A stretch of 64,000 nucleotides of DNA from Escherichia phage L27. The translations under genes and the position numbers were made by a program. Shown here piece after piece: positions 17,171 to 26,158 of this stretch; the stretch's first letter is position 1; the number at the start of each line of letters is the position of its first letter. The notes beneath the pieces were generated by a model. That model had not been told where the DNA came from and searched no databases. It worked only from the letters and a program-made list of their open reading frames with translations. The stretch is taken from the sequence record LC473039.1. One strand, written 5' to 3'.

Positions 17171-17252
17171 CGGGGCGTATCTCAGCGGTCTTCTAAACCG
17201 CCGTTAACCGAGTAAGTGGAGTATGCGGGTTCGAGTCCTGCCGCCTCGACCA
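17171..17252 (+). tRNA. aberrant tRNA-like gene (possible anticodon TCT), D-arm missing or unrecognisable
   Basis: good T-arm and 7-bp acceptor (cggggcg/cgcctcg) with CCA; stem-loop gcggt/cttctaa/accgc; only about 7 nt where the D-arm should be. Confidence 0.4.
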
Positions 17253-17395
17253 ATTTAGTTAGCAGATTACTTAGACGACCTAAGCGGGTCTTCCTGTAGG
17301 GAGGTGGTCTGTATCTCATGTTTTCCAGAACATGTAAATAATCTGAGAAGGGGCTTTACAGTGTTGAGATAATACGGTAAGCTTCGAATTATAGT

Positions 17396-17478
17396 ATGGG
17401 ACGATGTTAAGACTCTAAGGCATGAGCAACGGCTTCCAACACCGTTTCAAAGGGGTTCAACTCCTCCGTCCCATGCCA
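17396..17478 (+). tRNA. tRNA-Trp-like (anticodon CCA) with about 8-nt insertion before D-stem
   Basis: perfect 7-bp acceptor atgggac/gtcccat, anticodon loop ttccaac, T-loop ttcaact, CCA encoded; expanded D region. Confidence 0.45.
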
Positions 17479-17491
17479 AAGTCTTATTAGG

Positions 17492-17581
17492 GGTAGGTAG
17501 CGGCTAATGGTAGCCAAACAGTCTTGAAAACTGTTGCCACTGTAGAGATACGGTGAGGGTTCGACTCCTTTACTTACCGCC
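17492..17581 (+). tRNA. tRNA-Ser (anticodon TGA), long variable arm
   Basis: anticodon stem acagt/actgt perfect, loop cttgaaa, 20-nt variable arm. Confidence 0.75.
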
Positions 17582-17735
17582 TAATAAGATTTTACACCGT
17601 CCATGCTTGCTCGCATTTTCGGTTTATCCCTCGTGTATTGTCGTACACTGATAAAGCACCTAGTAGGTGTCACGGAGAAGAGATAATATCAAGCTCTCCA
17701 AAGGTTCTAGTCACCGGATTAAACAAGACTATGCA

Positions 17736-17758
17736 AAGACCAAATTAGGTCTTTTTAG
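17736..17758 (+). terminator. terminator-like hairpin with T-run inside tRNA cluster
   Basis: aagacc-aaatta-ggtctt followed by TTTTT. Confidence 0.45.
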
Positions 17759-17835
17759 AGGGCTTCTAAGGTTATTACAGCTTGTTGTGGAACCTTGTTG
17801 CTTAGGTTCTTAGAAGTTCTCTAAAAAGATTTAAT

Positions 17836-17913
17836 GGGAGATTGACGGTAATTGGTAAACCTATCTCGCTTAGAACGAGATGTTTGAGGGTTCGAATCCC
17901 TTGTCTCCTACCA
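17836..17913 (+). tRNA. tRNA with Leu-type anticodon TAG but short variable arm
   Basis: anticodon stem tctcg/cgaga, loop cttagaa, T-arm gaggg/ttcgaat/ccctt, CCA encoded. Confidence 0.55.
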
Positions 17914-17920
17914 AATTAAT

Positions 17921-17996
17921 GCAGGTGTAGCAAAATGGTTATGCGGCTGACTCTTAATCAGTAAGACGATGGGTTCAATTCCCTCCACCTGTACCA
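17921..17996 (+). tRNA. tRNA-Lys (anticodon CTT), atypical T-stem
   Basis: anticodon stem gctga/tcagt, loop ctcttaa; same unusual T-stem as the TTT Lys tRNA. Confidence 0.55.
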
Positions 17997-18002
17997 GACA
18001 TT

Positions 18003-18078
18003 GGGGATGTAGTTTACATGGTTAAAACATAAGTTTTGCAAACTTAAGTACAGGGTTCAATTCCCTGCTTCTCCACCA
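18003..18078 (+). tRNA. tRNA-Ala (anticodon TGC)
   Basis: G3.U70 wobble pair present; D-stem gttt/aaac, anticodon stem taagt/actta perfect. Confidence 0.8.
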
Positions 18079-18084
18079 ATTAGT

Positions 18085-18159
18085 GCATCCATAGTTTAAA
18101 CGGGAAAATTGCAGTCTTCCAAACTGAGGTTGAGGGTTCGATTCCCTCTGGATGCTCCA
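18085..18159 (+). tRNA. tRNA-Gly (anticodon TCC)
   Basis: perfect acceptor gcatcca/tggatgc, T-arm gaggg/ttcgatt/ccctc. Confidence 0.75.
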
Positions 18160-18165
18160 AATAAA

Positions 18166-18242
18166 GCTGCTTTCGTATAATTGGCTATTACACATCCCTT
18201 GTAAGGATGGAAATGCAGGTTCGAGTCCTGTGAGCAGCACCA
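18166..18242 (+). tRNA. tRNA-Thr (anticodon TGT)
   Basis: anticodon stem catcc/ggatg perfect, loop cttgtaa, CCA encoded. Confidence 0.75.
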
Positions 18243-18245
18243 ATT

Positions 18246-18333
18246 CAGAGGTCAAGTGAAAGACCGCTGGTGTCAACTGAAGACCGTAACAAATTCCACG
18301 GAGTTGAGTTAGCGGCACAACTTCAGACCTCTT
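18246..18333 (+). ncRNA. structured RNA-like element E (truncated family member with nested helices)
   Basis: outer helix agaggtc/gacctct; inner mini-element 18275-18307 has caac/gttg + ccgt/acgg helices and 'gaagaccgt' box. Confidence 0.4.
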
Positions 18334-18337
18334 TCAC

Positions 18338-18412
18338 ACTCGCTTAGTTTATATGGTAAAACATCACCCTTACAAGATGAAGAAAAAGGTTCAAGTCCTT
18401 TAGTGAGTACCA
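18338..18412 (+). tRNA. tRNA-Val (anticodon TAC)
   Basis: D-stem gttt/aaac, anticodon loop cttacaa, T-arm aaagg/ttcaagt/ccttt. Confidence 0.7.
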
Positions 18413-18413
18413 T

Positions 18414-18491
18414 GTTCCAGTATCCCAATTGGCAGAGGATGCAAGCTCAAACCTTGTATTAGTGACGGTTCGAATCCGTCTTGGAACACCA
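18414..18491 (+). tRNA. tRNA with Leu-type anticodon CAA but short variable arm
   Basis: anticodon stem gcaag/cttgt, loop ctcaaac, T-arm gacgg/ttcgaat/ccgtc perfect. Confidence 0.55.
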
Positions 18492-18510
18492 ATTTTAAGA
18501 GGCTATTTAG

Positions 18511-19068
18511 ATGAGATATTTGAAGTATGCTTCATGGATTTTCCTAGCTTTACTAGAGCCATTTGCAGCAACCCTAGCAGTCATCTTAGCACCTTTCGTA
18601 GTCCCATTCTACAGTGAGAAGAAAGGGCATCTACCTTTTGGATTCAGATGGATGGAGACCTATGACAACCCGATTGATGGTGATGAAGGCCACGTTAAAA
18701 GATGGGCTAAGATTAGAAAGATTGGTAAGCTGGGTGTCTACATGCAGAGAGTTGGGTGGCTCTGGAGAAACAAAGCTTATAACTTCTCTTACCATGTATT
18801 AGGAAGAGATGTAAAAGATGTTACTAAGTGGAAAGGTAATATCAACGTAAGTTCTAACCCTGAAGATAATCAAACAGGTTATCTCCTAATGTGGAACAGA
18901 AATGCTTGGGGTTTATTTGCTTTTATCCCATCAATTAAAGTCTTTGGTAAACAGTTTTACTGGAGAATTTATATTGGATGGAAACTAAAAAGTGTTGTCC
19001 CAGAAGAAAGAGCATTCTCAAGGGAAAGAGTTATGTTGGCATTCTTTATTCATCCACTGAGAAAGTAA
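18511..19068 (+). CDS. hypothetical membrane protein (185 aa) inside tRNA cluster
   Basis: N-terminal hydrophobic segment (WIFLALLEPFAATLAVILAPFVVPF); ORF between tRNA genes. Confidence 0.55.
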   Translation: MRYLKYASWIFLALLEPFAATLAVILAPFVVPFYSEKKGHLPFGFRWMETYDNPIDGDEGHVKRWAKIRKIGKLGVYMQRVGWLWRNKAYNFSYHVLGRDVKDVTKWKGNINVSSNPEDNQTGYLLMWNRNAWGLFAFIPSIKVFGKQFYWRIYIGWKLKSVVPEERAFSRERVMLAFFIHPLRK

Positions 19069-19076
19069 AGATTTAA

Positions 19077-19152
19077 AGGGGATTAGTTTACAAGGTTAAA
19101 ACCTCGGTCTTTGAAATCGAAGAAGTTGGTTCAATTCCAACATCCCCCGCCA
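19077..19152 (+). tRNA. tRNA-Gln (anticodon TTG), A1.C72 mismatch
   Basis: anticodon loop ctttgaa, T-arm gttgg/ttcaatt/ccaac perfect. Confidence 0.65.
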
Positions 19153-19154
19153 AT

Positions 19155-19233
19155 GCTCCATTACTCCAATTGGCAGAGAGGCCAGACTTAAAATCTGTGT
19201 TATGTATCGGTTCGAATCCGATATGGAGTACCA
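19155..19233 (+). tRNA. tRNA with Leu-type anticodon TAA but short variable arm
   Basis: anticodon loop cttaaaa, T-arm atcgg/ttcgaat/ccgat perfect. Confidence 0.55.
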
Positions 19234-19238
19234 AATTT

Positions 19239-19314
19239 AGCGGTATAGCATAACTGGCAATGCAGCAGTCTCTGAAGCTGTCCTATTAAGGTTCAAATCC
19301 TTATGCCGCTGCCA
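19239..19314 (+). tRNA. tRNA-Gln (anticodon CTG)
   Basis: anticodon stem gcagt/gctgt (two G.U), loop ctctgaa, T-arm taagg/ttcaaat/cctta. Confidence 0.7.
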
Positions 19315-19345
19315 CTTCTAAGGGTTCTTACGAGAGTCCTTAAAT

Positions 19346-19421
19346 GTGGCCTTATCATAAATGGTAATGACCCATGCTGTGAACATGGTCTATACGGGTT
19401 CAAATCCCGTAGGTCACCCCA
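19346..19421 (+). tRNA. tRNA-His (anticodon GTG)
   Basis: D-stem tcat/atga, anticodon stem ccatg/catgg perfect, T-arm acggg/ttcaaat/cccgt perfect. Confidence 0.8.
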
Positions 19422-19426
19422 ATTTA

Positions 19427-19502
19427 TAGTCCAAGTAGCTTATATGGTAAAGCGCGTGTCTGAAAAACATGAGAAGAGGGTTCAAATCCCACTGGACTAC
19501 CA
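19427..19502 (+). tRNA. tRNA-Phe (anticodon GAA), boundaries approximate
   Basis: D-stem gctt/aagc, anticodon loop ctgaaaa; acceptor tagtcca/tggacta. Confidence 0.6.
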
Positions 19503-19518
19503 ATTTCAAAGGTGCTTA

Positions 19519-20253
19519 ATGAAAGAGATGACAGAACAAGGTAAGGAGATTTTTAATCTCTTAAAAACCGGTAAAGGGTTTTCTAACCCACTTATTACTG
19601 GTGCAGCAGTTCTCGGTGGAACCGTAGCTGCCTCTACATCACTTGTAAACTCTATTAGTTCTGTAACAGACCCTACAATGAAGGATAAACTTGTTGCTGC
19701 TGGACTTACAACAGTCCTTCTAAACAGCTTTACAACAAGCCTTACAAGCACTACAGCAACTACTAAGACCCTAACAGACTACGGTCAAAAGTCTATTGAT
19801 GAGTTTTCATCACGTATGCAGGTAGCAAAGGGATACTCCAATGTTATGGGTGCAGCAGGAGAACAAGTTGGTTGTACACCATTCAGTGGTATTATGGGTG
19901 TTGCTACAGAGTATGGTCAAAAAGCTATTGACACGATTAACAGTACACTGGATAGTGTTAATGATGTGTTAAGTGACTTACAAGATGCTATTGATAAGGG
20001 TCTTGATACTGTTTCTGATTTAGCTAACCAAGCTGTAAGTAAAATTAATGAAGGTATTTCAAAGATTACAGCTTATGCAGATGAAGTTGTGCAGATGATT
20101 GAAGAAGAAGCTGCACTTATTGCAGAGTACCTTAAAACGAATATCAATGGGTTCTTAGCAGGTATCTTACCAGACTGGTTTGATGATGCTTGCAAAACTG
20201 GTGTAATTGACACTATTGCAACACCAGAAATGAAGAACGCATTACAGAAATAA
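19519..20253 (+). CDS. hypothetical Ser/Thr-rich protein (about 245 aa) inside tRNA cluster
   Basis: ORF from ATG at 19519; the upstream part of the track ORF overlaps tRNA genes and is discounted. Confidence 0.5.
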   Translation: MKEMTEQGKEIFNLLKTGKGFSNPLITGAAVLGGTVAASTSLVNSISSVTDPTMKDKLVAAGLTTVLLNSFTTSLTSTTATTKTLTDYGQKSIDEFSSRMQVAKGYSNVMGAAGEQVGCTPFSGIMGVATEYGQKAIDTINSTLDSVNDVLSDLQDAIDKGLDTVSDLANQAVSKINEGISKITAYADEVVQMIEEEAALIAEYLKTNINGFLAGILPDWFDDACKTGVIDTIATPEMKNALQK

Positions 20254-20254
20254 T

Positions 20255-20347
20255 GGAAGATTAACCCTAAAAGGTAAGGGAGCAGTTTGCTAAACTGCCA
20301 GTAGCTGAGAAATCGGTGTACCAGTTCAAGTCTGGTATCTTCCTCCA
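20255..20347 (+). tRNA. tRNA-Ser (anticodon GCT), long variable arm
   Basis: perfect acceptor ggaagat/atcttcc, anticodon stem gcagt/actgc, 21-nt variable arm. Confidence 0.8.
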
Positions 20348-20351
20348 ATTT

Positions 20352-20427
20352 GAATCCGTGACAGAAATGGCTATGTGCCTGTCTGCAAAACAGGTTTATA
20401 AGGGTTCGAGTCCCTTCGGATTCTCCA
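20352..20427 (+). tRNA. tRNA-Cys (anticodon GCA)
   Basis: perfect acceptor gaatccg/cggattc, anticodon stem cctgt/acagg. Confidence 0.8.
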
Positions 20428-20465
20428 AGTTATTTTACTCTCTCTCAATTAAAAATAATAATAAT

Positions 20466-20526
20466 GCCCTGCTATCAGTATTCTTCCTTTCGCTACCGAA
20501 GAGTATTTTTAGACAGGGCTTTTTTA
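20466..20526 (+). terminator. rho-independent terminator at end of tRNA operon
   Basis: long hairpin gccctg...cagggc followed by TTTTTTT. Confidence 0.7.
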
Positions 20527-20590
20527 CAGAGTTATACTTTATAAGAAGCCTTATACAGTATGTCTCTGACGTACATTGTGGTTTCTCCTT

Positions 20591-20614
20591 GACGGTCTCT
20601 GTACCGTCTTTTTT
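20591..20614 (+). terminator. rho-independent terminator
   Basis: gacggt-ctctgt-accgtc followed by TTTTTT. Confidence 0.7.
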
Positions 20615-20650
20615 AAGGGGAAACATGATTAACTATTTGGAGAAAACATA

Positions 20651-20851
20651 ATGAGCGAGACCGTTTATAAAGAACTTTATGAAGCTAATAAGAAGCTAGA
20701 ATTTATGCAGAATACTATCATGGCAATTGCAGACAGATTGTCTGTAGCAACAGGTATTGATATTAAAGAAGCATCTATGGATGCACTTCTTGATGCTGTT
20801 GATGCAAAGTTCGAAGTTAAGAAAGAAGAGACTGCTACAGACTCTGAATAA
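20651..20851 (+). CDS. hypothetical protein (66 aa); possible small terminase subunit by position only
   Basis: small ORF immediately upstream of large terminase. Confidence 0.4.
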   Translation: MSETVYKELYEANKKLEFMQNTIMAIADRLSVATGIDIKEASMDALLDAVDAKFEVKKEETATDSE

Positions 20852-20872
20852 TTCTATTTGCGGAGGCGCTTA

Positions 20873-22474
20873 ATGGACTTAAATGCTGTTAAGCAGAAGC
20901 GAGTGGAAGATGTTAGGAAAGTCCTAGCTGGAGAGTTGGGGCTTTCTGATGAAGTAAAAGAAATTATCAAATCATTCGGTAAAGACCCCTCTAAATTCCT
21001 TCCAACTCAAATTCTGACTTTATTAAGATACACACCAGACCAAGTTAGACTTATCTTCAAATTGATGACTGATAAGAACTATGTAGCCCCTCAGCCGGGT
21101 TCTCAAGAGGTCTTTTTAAATACTAATGCTGACTTGGTTCTCTATGGTGGTGCTGCTGGTGCTGGTAAAACTGCTGCATTGTTAATGGACTCTTTAAGAT
21201 TTATTGAAGACCCTAACTATAATGCTGTATATTTCCGTCGAAATACAACACAGTTACAAGGTGGTTTATGGCCTGCTGCAAAGAAACTGTTTGGTAAGTT
21301 TGGTGGGATTCCTCACGAGCAGAAAATGACTATCACATTCCCTTCTGGGGCAACTATCAAGTTTACCTACCTAGAACTTGAAAAGCACGCTGAAGGTCAT
21401 CAGGGTATTGAATACTCAGCTATTTACTTTGACGAAGGTACACACTTCTCTGCTTCACAGATTTCATACCTACAGACTCGTCTGCGTTCTGGTGCTGAAG
21501 GCGACTCATACATGAAGATTTCCATGAACCCAGACAGAGACCACTTTATTTATGATTGGGTAGAGCCATTCTTAGATGAAGAAGGTTACCCAGACCCTGA
21601 GAAGTGTGGTCGTATCCGTTGGTATGTTATGAATGATGGTGTGATGGTTTCTGATTGGGAGAGAGACAAGATTCTTGAAATGTTCCCTCTTGAGATTCCT
21701 CAAACATACACCTTCATCTCTGGTACGATTGATGATAACCCAATTCTTGACTTCTTAGAGCCAAAGTATCGCGGTAAGCTTGAAAACAACACTCCTGTAA
21801 ACGTTGCAAGACTTCGTTTCGGTAACTGGAAGGCTCGTGCAGAAGGTTCAAACTACTGGCAAAGACAATGGTGTGAGATTGTTGATTCACTCCCAGAAGA
21901 TGTATTCGATGTTAGAGCATGGGACTTAGCAGCAACTTTACCATCTGAGATTAACCCTAATCCAGACTGGACAGCAGGTGTTAAGATGGGTAAATCTAAA
22001 AAAGACGGTTGCTATTATATCATTGATGTAGTAAGATTTAGAGATAGACCCTCTGGAGTCGAAACACAAATTAATTTGACTGCTGAAAGTGACGGTAAGC
22101 GAACTGGTATTTTTATCCCTCAAGACCCAGGCGCTGCTGGTAAATCCTACGCAACATCCCTCATCAGGAAACTTGCCGAGAAAGGTTATCGCGCAAGAGC
22201 TAAACCAACAAATAAAGATAAAGTTACCCGCTTTGCGGGATTTTCTGCTGCTTCTGAAGCTGGACTTGTAAAAGTCTTGAGAGGTAGTTGGAATGAAGCT
22301 TACTTCCAAGAGCTTGAAGGCTTTTGTGGTGATGGCAAAACTAAAGATGACCAAGTGGATGCTACCAGTGATGCTTTCAACAGTCTTAACGAAGTTAAAT
22401 TATTCAAGCCACCATCAATGGGTGCTCACACAGACTTAGTGAGAGGAAACCCATATGAGGGGCTTAGACGTTGA
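20873..22474 (+). CDS. terminase large subunit
   Basis: Walker A (GGAAGAGKT) near N-terminus, C-terminal nuclease-like region; ATG at 20873 after GGAGG RBS. Confidence 0.85.
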   Translation: MDLNAVKQKRVEDVRKVLAGELGLSDEVKEIIKSFGKDPSKFLPTQILTLLRYTPDQVRLIFKLMTDKNYVAPQPGSQEVFLNTNADLVLYGGAAGAGKTAALLMDSLRFIEDPNYNAVYFRRNTTQLQGGLWPAAKKLFGKFGGIPHEQKMTITFPSGATIKFTYLELEKHAEGHQGIEYSAIYFDEGTHFSASQISYLQTRLRSGAEGDSYMKISMNPDRDHFIYDWVEPFLDEEGYPDPEKCGRIRWYVMNDGVMVSDWERDKILEMFPLEIPQTYTFISGTIDDNPILDFLEPKYRGKLENNTPVNVARLRFGNWKARAEGSNYWQRQWCEIVDSLPEDVFDVRAWDLAATLPSEINPNPDWTAGVKMGKSKKDGCYYIIDVVRFRDRPSGVETQINLTAESDGKRTGIFIPQDPGAAGKSYATSLIRKLAEKGYRARAKPTNKDKVTRFAGFSAASEAGLVKVLRGSWNEAYFQELEGFCGDGKTKDDQVDATSDAFNSLNEVKLFKPPSMGAHTDLVRGNPYEGLRR

Positions 22475-22490
22475 TAGCTAGGTGAGAAGA

Positions 22491-23957
22491 ATGGCAGATA
22501 TTACAGAAACACAAGAAAGCTTACCACCATTTAGAATGGGTGAAGTAGGCTCTTTGGGTCTGAAGGTTAAGAATGGAAGAATCTATGAAGAACCTCGTCA
22601 GGCACTAAGGTTCCCTGAAAGTATTAAAACTTTCCAATTAATGATGCGTGACCCTGCTGTAGCAGCATCTGTAAATATTATTAAGATGTTTGTCAGAAAA
22701 GTCAACTGGAGATTCGTACCTCCAAAGGGAAAAGAGCAAGACCCTAAAATGCTTGAAAGAGCAGACTTCTTTAATTCTTTAATGGATGACATGGAGCATG
22801 ATTGGGCAGATTTTATTAATTCTGTAATGTCATTCTGCACTTATGGGTTCTGTGTTAATGAGAAGGTTTATAAGAAACGTCAGGGTAAAAAAGGAAAGTA
22901 CCAGTCAAAATTTGATGATGGTCTAATTGGATGGGCTAAGTTACCAATCAGAAACCAATCAACACTTGATAAGTGGTATTTTGACGAAGACTTTAGAAAA
23001 GTTACTGGTGTCAGACAGAATCTGAGAAATGTTTCACATATTGCTGGAGCAATTAATCTTGGAGAAAGACCACTAACAAGAAAACTTCCACGAGCTAAAT
23101 TCATGCTGTTTAAGTATGATGATGAATATGGAAACCCAGAAGGTCGTTCACCATTACTCAATGCTTATGTACCGTGGAAGTATAAAGTTCAGATTGAAGA
23201 GTACGAAGCTGTTGGTGTCTCAAGAGACTTGGTAGGTATGCCAAAGATTGGTTTACCACCAGATTATCTGGATGAAAATGCAGAACCTGAAAAGAAAGCT
23301 TTCGTACAATACTGCAAAACTGTTGTTAATGATATGATTGCTAACGACAGAGCAGGTTTAATCTGGCCTAGATATATCGACCCAGATACTAAAGAGGATA
23401 TCTTTGAGTTCTCATTAGTTTCTAGACAGGGTGCTAAAGCATATGATACAGGTTCTATTATTGACAGATATTCTAAGCAGATTATGATGGCATTTATGTC
23501 AGATGTTCTTGCTATGGGTCAGTCAAAATATGGTTCATTCTCTCTTGCAGATTCTAAGACAAGCTTATTAGCAATGTCAGTAGATATTCTGCTGAAGCAA
23601 ATTAAGAACGTAATTAACCGTGACTTAGTTGCACAGACTTATGCTCTTAATATGTGGGATGATGAAGAACATGTGCAAATCACATATGATGATATCGAAA
23701 CCCCAGACCTTGAAGTAATTGGTTCTTATATCCAGAAGACTGTTGCAGTAGGTGCTTTGGAAGTTGACAAAGAGCTATCTAACAAGCTTAGAGAGCATAT
23801 TGGTCTTCCTCCTGCTGATGAGTCTCAGCCAGTATCTGAAAAGCTTTCTCCAAATAGCCAAAGCCGCTCAGGAGATGGTTATAAGACCGCTGGAGAAGGT
23901 ACTGCAAAGACACCTTCAGCGAAAGACCCAAGCACAGCAAATAAGGCAAATAAATAA
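22491..23957 (+). CDS. portal protein
   Basis: 488-aa ORF directly after terminase; acidic/Ser-rich C-terminus; by position and size. Confidence 0.7.
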   Translation: MADITETQESLPPFRMGEVGSLGLKVKNGRIYEEPRQALRFPESIKTFQLMMRDPAVAASVNIIKMFVRKVNWRFVPPKGKEQDPKMLERADFFNSLMDDMEHDWADFINSVMSFCTYGFCVNEKVYKKRQGKKGKYQSKFDDGLIGWAKLPIRNQSTLDKWYFDEDFRKVTGVRQNLRNVSHIAGAINLGERPLTRKLPRAKFMLFKYDDEYGNPEGRSPLLNAYVPWKYKVQIEEYEAVGVSRDLVGMPKIGLPPDYLDENAEPEKKAFVQYCKTVVNDMIANDRAGLIWPRYIDPDTKEDIFEFSLVSRQGAKAYDTGSIIDRYSKQIMMAFMSDVLAMGQSKYGSFSLADSKTSLLAMSVDILLKQIKNVINRDLVAQTYALNMWDDEEHVQITYDDIETPDLEVIGSYIQKTVAVGALEVDKELSNKLREHIGLPPADESQPVSEKLSPNSQSRSGDGYKTAGEGTAKTPSAKDPSTANKANK

Positions 23958-24457
23958 TGGCTGAAGTTATCTCTATTTCAAATGCTACACGAGTGCATTC
24001 GTATAGGGGTGTCCTTATCATTACTGATAAGTTATCTGTAGAGGCTGGCTCAAGGGTCAGCCTTTCAGGTTATGTTAGTGATGGTGGAATCTCTGACGTT
24101 TTCACTATTTGCAGGTTACTTGATGCACCAATGAGTGGAAAACCGTTTATTTCAGGAAATTGTAGTGAAATTGTTAAAATTCCATTTGACAGTTCATGCC
24201 TTTTGGGTGTAAAGTTATATAACTGCGAGAATAAACGTGTCAATGTTAATAGCATTGAAGCCGCTTTCATTACCCTCGATACTGCATTTCAATCTCCAAT
24301 GACAGTTAATAAAGAAACAAACAGACTTGAATACATTTTTTCACAAAATGATTACAAAGTACTTGTCAAAGGTAAAGTATATGATATGATTGTAAATGTG
24401 GTAGATGAATCTGGTAACCATTCAACAGTCCTTAAACAAAAAGTAAGGTTTAATTAA
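23957..24457 (+). CDS. hypothetical head-module protein (166 aa)
   Basis: ORF, translationally coupled. Confidence 0.5.
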   Translation: MAEVISISNATRVHSYRGVLIITDKLSVEAGSRVSLSGYVSDGGISDVFTICRLLDAPMSGKPFISGNCSEIVKIPFDSSCLLGVKLYNCENKRVNVNSIEAAFITLDTAFQSPMTVNKETNRLEYIFSQNDYKVLVKGKVYDMIVNVVDESGNHSTVLKQKVRFN

Positions 24458-24789
24458 TGGGAACATTAACTATTGATGGTAAGAATAAAATCCTCGCCAC
24501 GCTAACCCCAACGACTATTATTTTACACAATGTAGACCCAACGGCAGACCCTACAGCAAATAAGGTTACTCAGCCAGTGGCTATTTATTTTTCTGAACCG
24601 GATAATGGCTTAATTGCCTCAGAAGACACAGTTAATATTACTGTTCCAGCTTCTGCAACGGTCTCACACTATAGCTTGTGGGATGCTAACGATAAATGCG
24701 TGGCAACTGGTGCTCTTAGCAAACCTCAATTCTTTGCTGAAGAAGGTATCTATGTTATCTCTTCAGTCTCTGTAGATTTAAACAAATAG
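24457..24789 (+). CDS. hypothetical head-module protein (110 aa)
   Basis: ORF. Confidence 0.5.
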   Translation: MGTLTIDGKNKILATLTPTTIILHNVDPTADPTANKVTQPVAIYFSEPDNGLIASEDTVNITVPASATVSHYSLWDANDKCVATGALSKPQFFAEEGIYVISSVSVDLNK

Positions 24790-24800
24790 GGTGAGTAAAA

Positions 24801-26147
24801 ATGAGTTCGAATATCTTCAGACTTGCTGATAGATTATTCAACCAACCTTTACTAGCCACTGAATCATTAGCTCACTCAGCAGCAACTTATGTGAATAACA
24901 GATTGCTGGGTGATGTCCAAGCAGCAGTAAACTTTGATAAACCCAAAGGTGAAGCAAGAAGTCTTTTAAAAGTAAAAGATGATATTGCTATTATCCCTAT
25001 TATGGGTGGTTTAACCCATCGTATGACATTCATTGATGCAATGTGTACTGGTGGTTTAAGCTCTTATGAAGGTTTACGTAGAGGCTTTGACGAAGCTTTA
25101 GCAGATGAGTCAATCAAGACTATTGTTCTGCATATTGATTCTGGTGGTGGTGAAGCTTCAGGTTGCTTTGAATTAGCACGTCACATTATGGCTTCAAGAG
25201 GCCAAAAGAAAATTATTGCTTATGTAGATGAGTTCGCTTGTTCCGCTGCATATGCTCTTGCATCTTCTGCTGAAGAAATTATTGCATCACCAGATGCAGA
25301 TGTTGGTTCTATCGGTGTAATCATGGTTCATCAGGAATTAACTAAGGCATTTGAAAAGAATGGCGTGACAATTAACGTCATCAAAGCTGGTGAGTTTAAA
25401 GGTATGGGTTCACCATTCCAAGCACTTTCAGAAGAAAGCAAAGAAAGACTTCAAAAGAGAATTAATGATACCTACGCAACCTTTACAGGTTTTGTAGCTG
25501 AATCTCGTAATCTCTCTGAAGAAGCTGTAAAGAATACTGAGGCGAATGTTTATTCTGCTCAGGAAGCTCTTGAACTTGGTTTAATTAACTCAATCATGTC
25601 TCAAGATGATTTCTTAAATTACTTACAAGGTTCTGAAGAGGCTCCTGTAAGTTTAAACGTTAACAATTCAGGTGAAGAAATGACTGAACAAGAAAAGCAA
25701 GAACTAGAAGCTTTGCGTCTTCAGGTTGCTCAAATGAAAGCTAAAGAACAGGAAGCTGCTTTGTCAGATTTGACTAATAAGATTTCTGCTTCTGCTGAAG
25801 CTTTTGGATTTGATGCAAAAGAAGCTGCAACGACTATTTTAGGTGCTGGTCTTGATAACCCTCTGAGTGTTCTGTTTATGAATGCTATGGAAGGTGCTAA
25901 CCAGAAACTTAATGAAACTATCGCGTCCCACGCTTCTGCAATGGAAGAAAAAGAATCAGAAATTACCAAGCTGAAAGAAACTGCTGGTGCTGTTCTTGAA
26001 CATTCCAACGCTATGGAAGAAATGGGTAATGACGGCGAAGCTGATTTGGTTGAAGAAGAAAAAGAACCAGCTAAGAATGCTTCCGAAGACACCGCTGAAC
26101 AACGCAAACTGGCTCTCCAGAATGCTCTAAAATCTCTTATCAAATAA
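24801..26147 (+). CDS. prohead protease (S49/SppA-like) fused to scaffold-like coiled-coil region
   Basis: N-terminal S49-type peptidase pattern; C-terminal Glu/Ala/Lys-rich helical region. Confidence 0.75.
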   Translation: MSSNIFRLADRLFNQPLLATESLAHSAATYVNNRLLGDVQAAVNFDKPKGEARSLLKVKDDIAIIPIMGGLTHRMTFIDAMCTGGLSSYEGLRRGFDEALADESIKTIVLHIDSGGGEASGCFELARHIMASRGQKKIIAYVDEFACSAAYALASSAEEIIASPDADVGSIGVIMVHQELTKAFEKNGVTINVIKAGEFKGMGSPFQALSEESKERLQKRINDTYATFTGFVAESRNLSEEAVKNTEANVYSAQEALELGLINSIMSQDDFLNYLQGSEEAPVSLNVNNSGEEMTEQEKQELEALRLQVAQMKAKEQEAALSDLTNKISASAEAFGFDAKEAATTILGAGLDNPLSVLFMNAMEGANQKLNETIASHASAMEEKESEITKLKETAGAVLEHSNAMEEMGNDGEADLVEEEKEPAKNASEDTAEQRKLALQNALKSLIK

Positions 26148-26158
26148 GGAACACAATA

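Noticed and set aside
14645-20427. tRNA cluster as an integration site (attP) of a temperate element
   Set aside because: No integrase, recombinase or repressor-like gene is present in the window; the gene content is that of a virulent phage.
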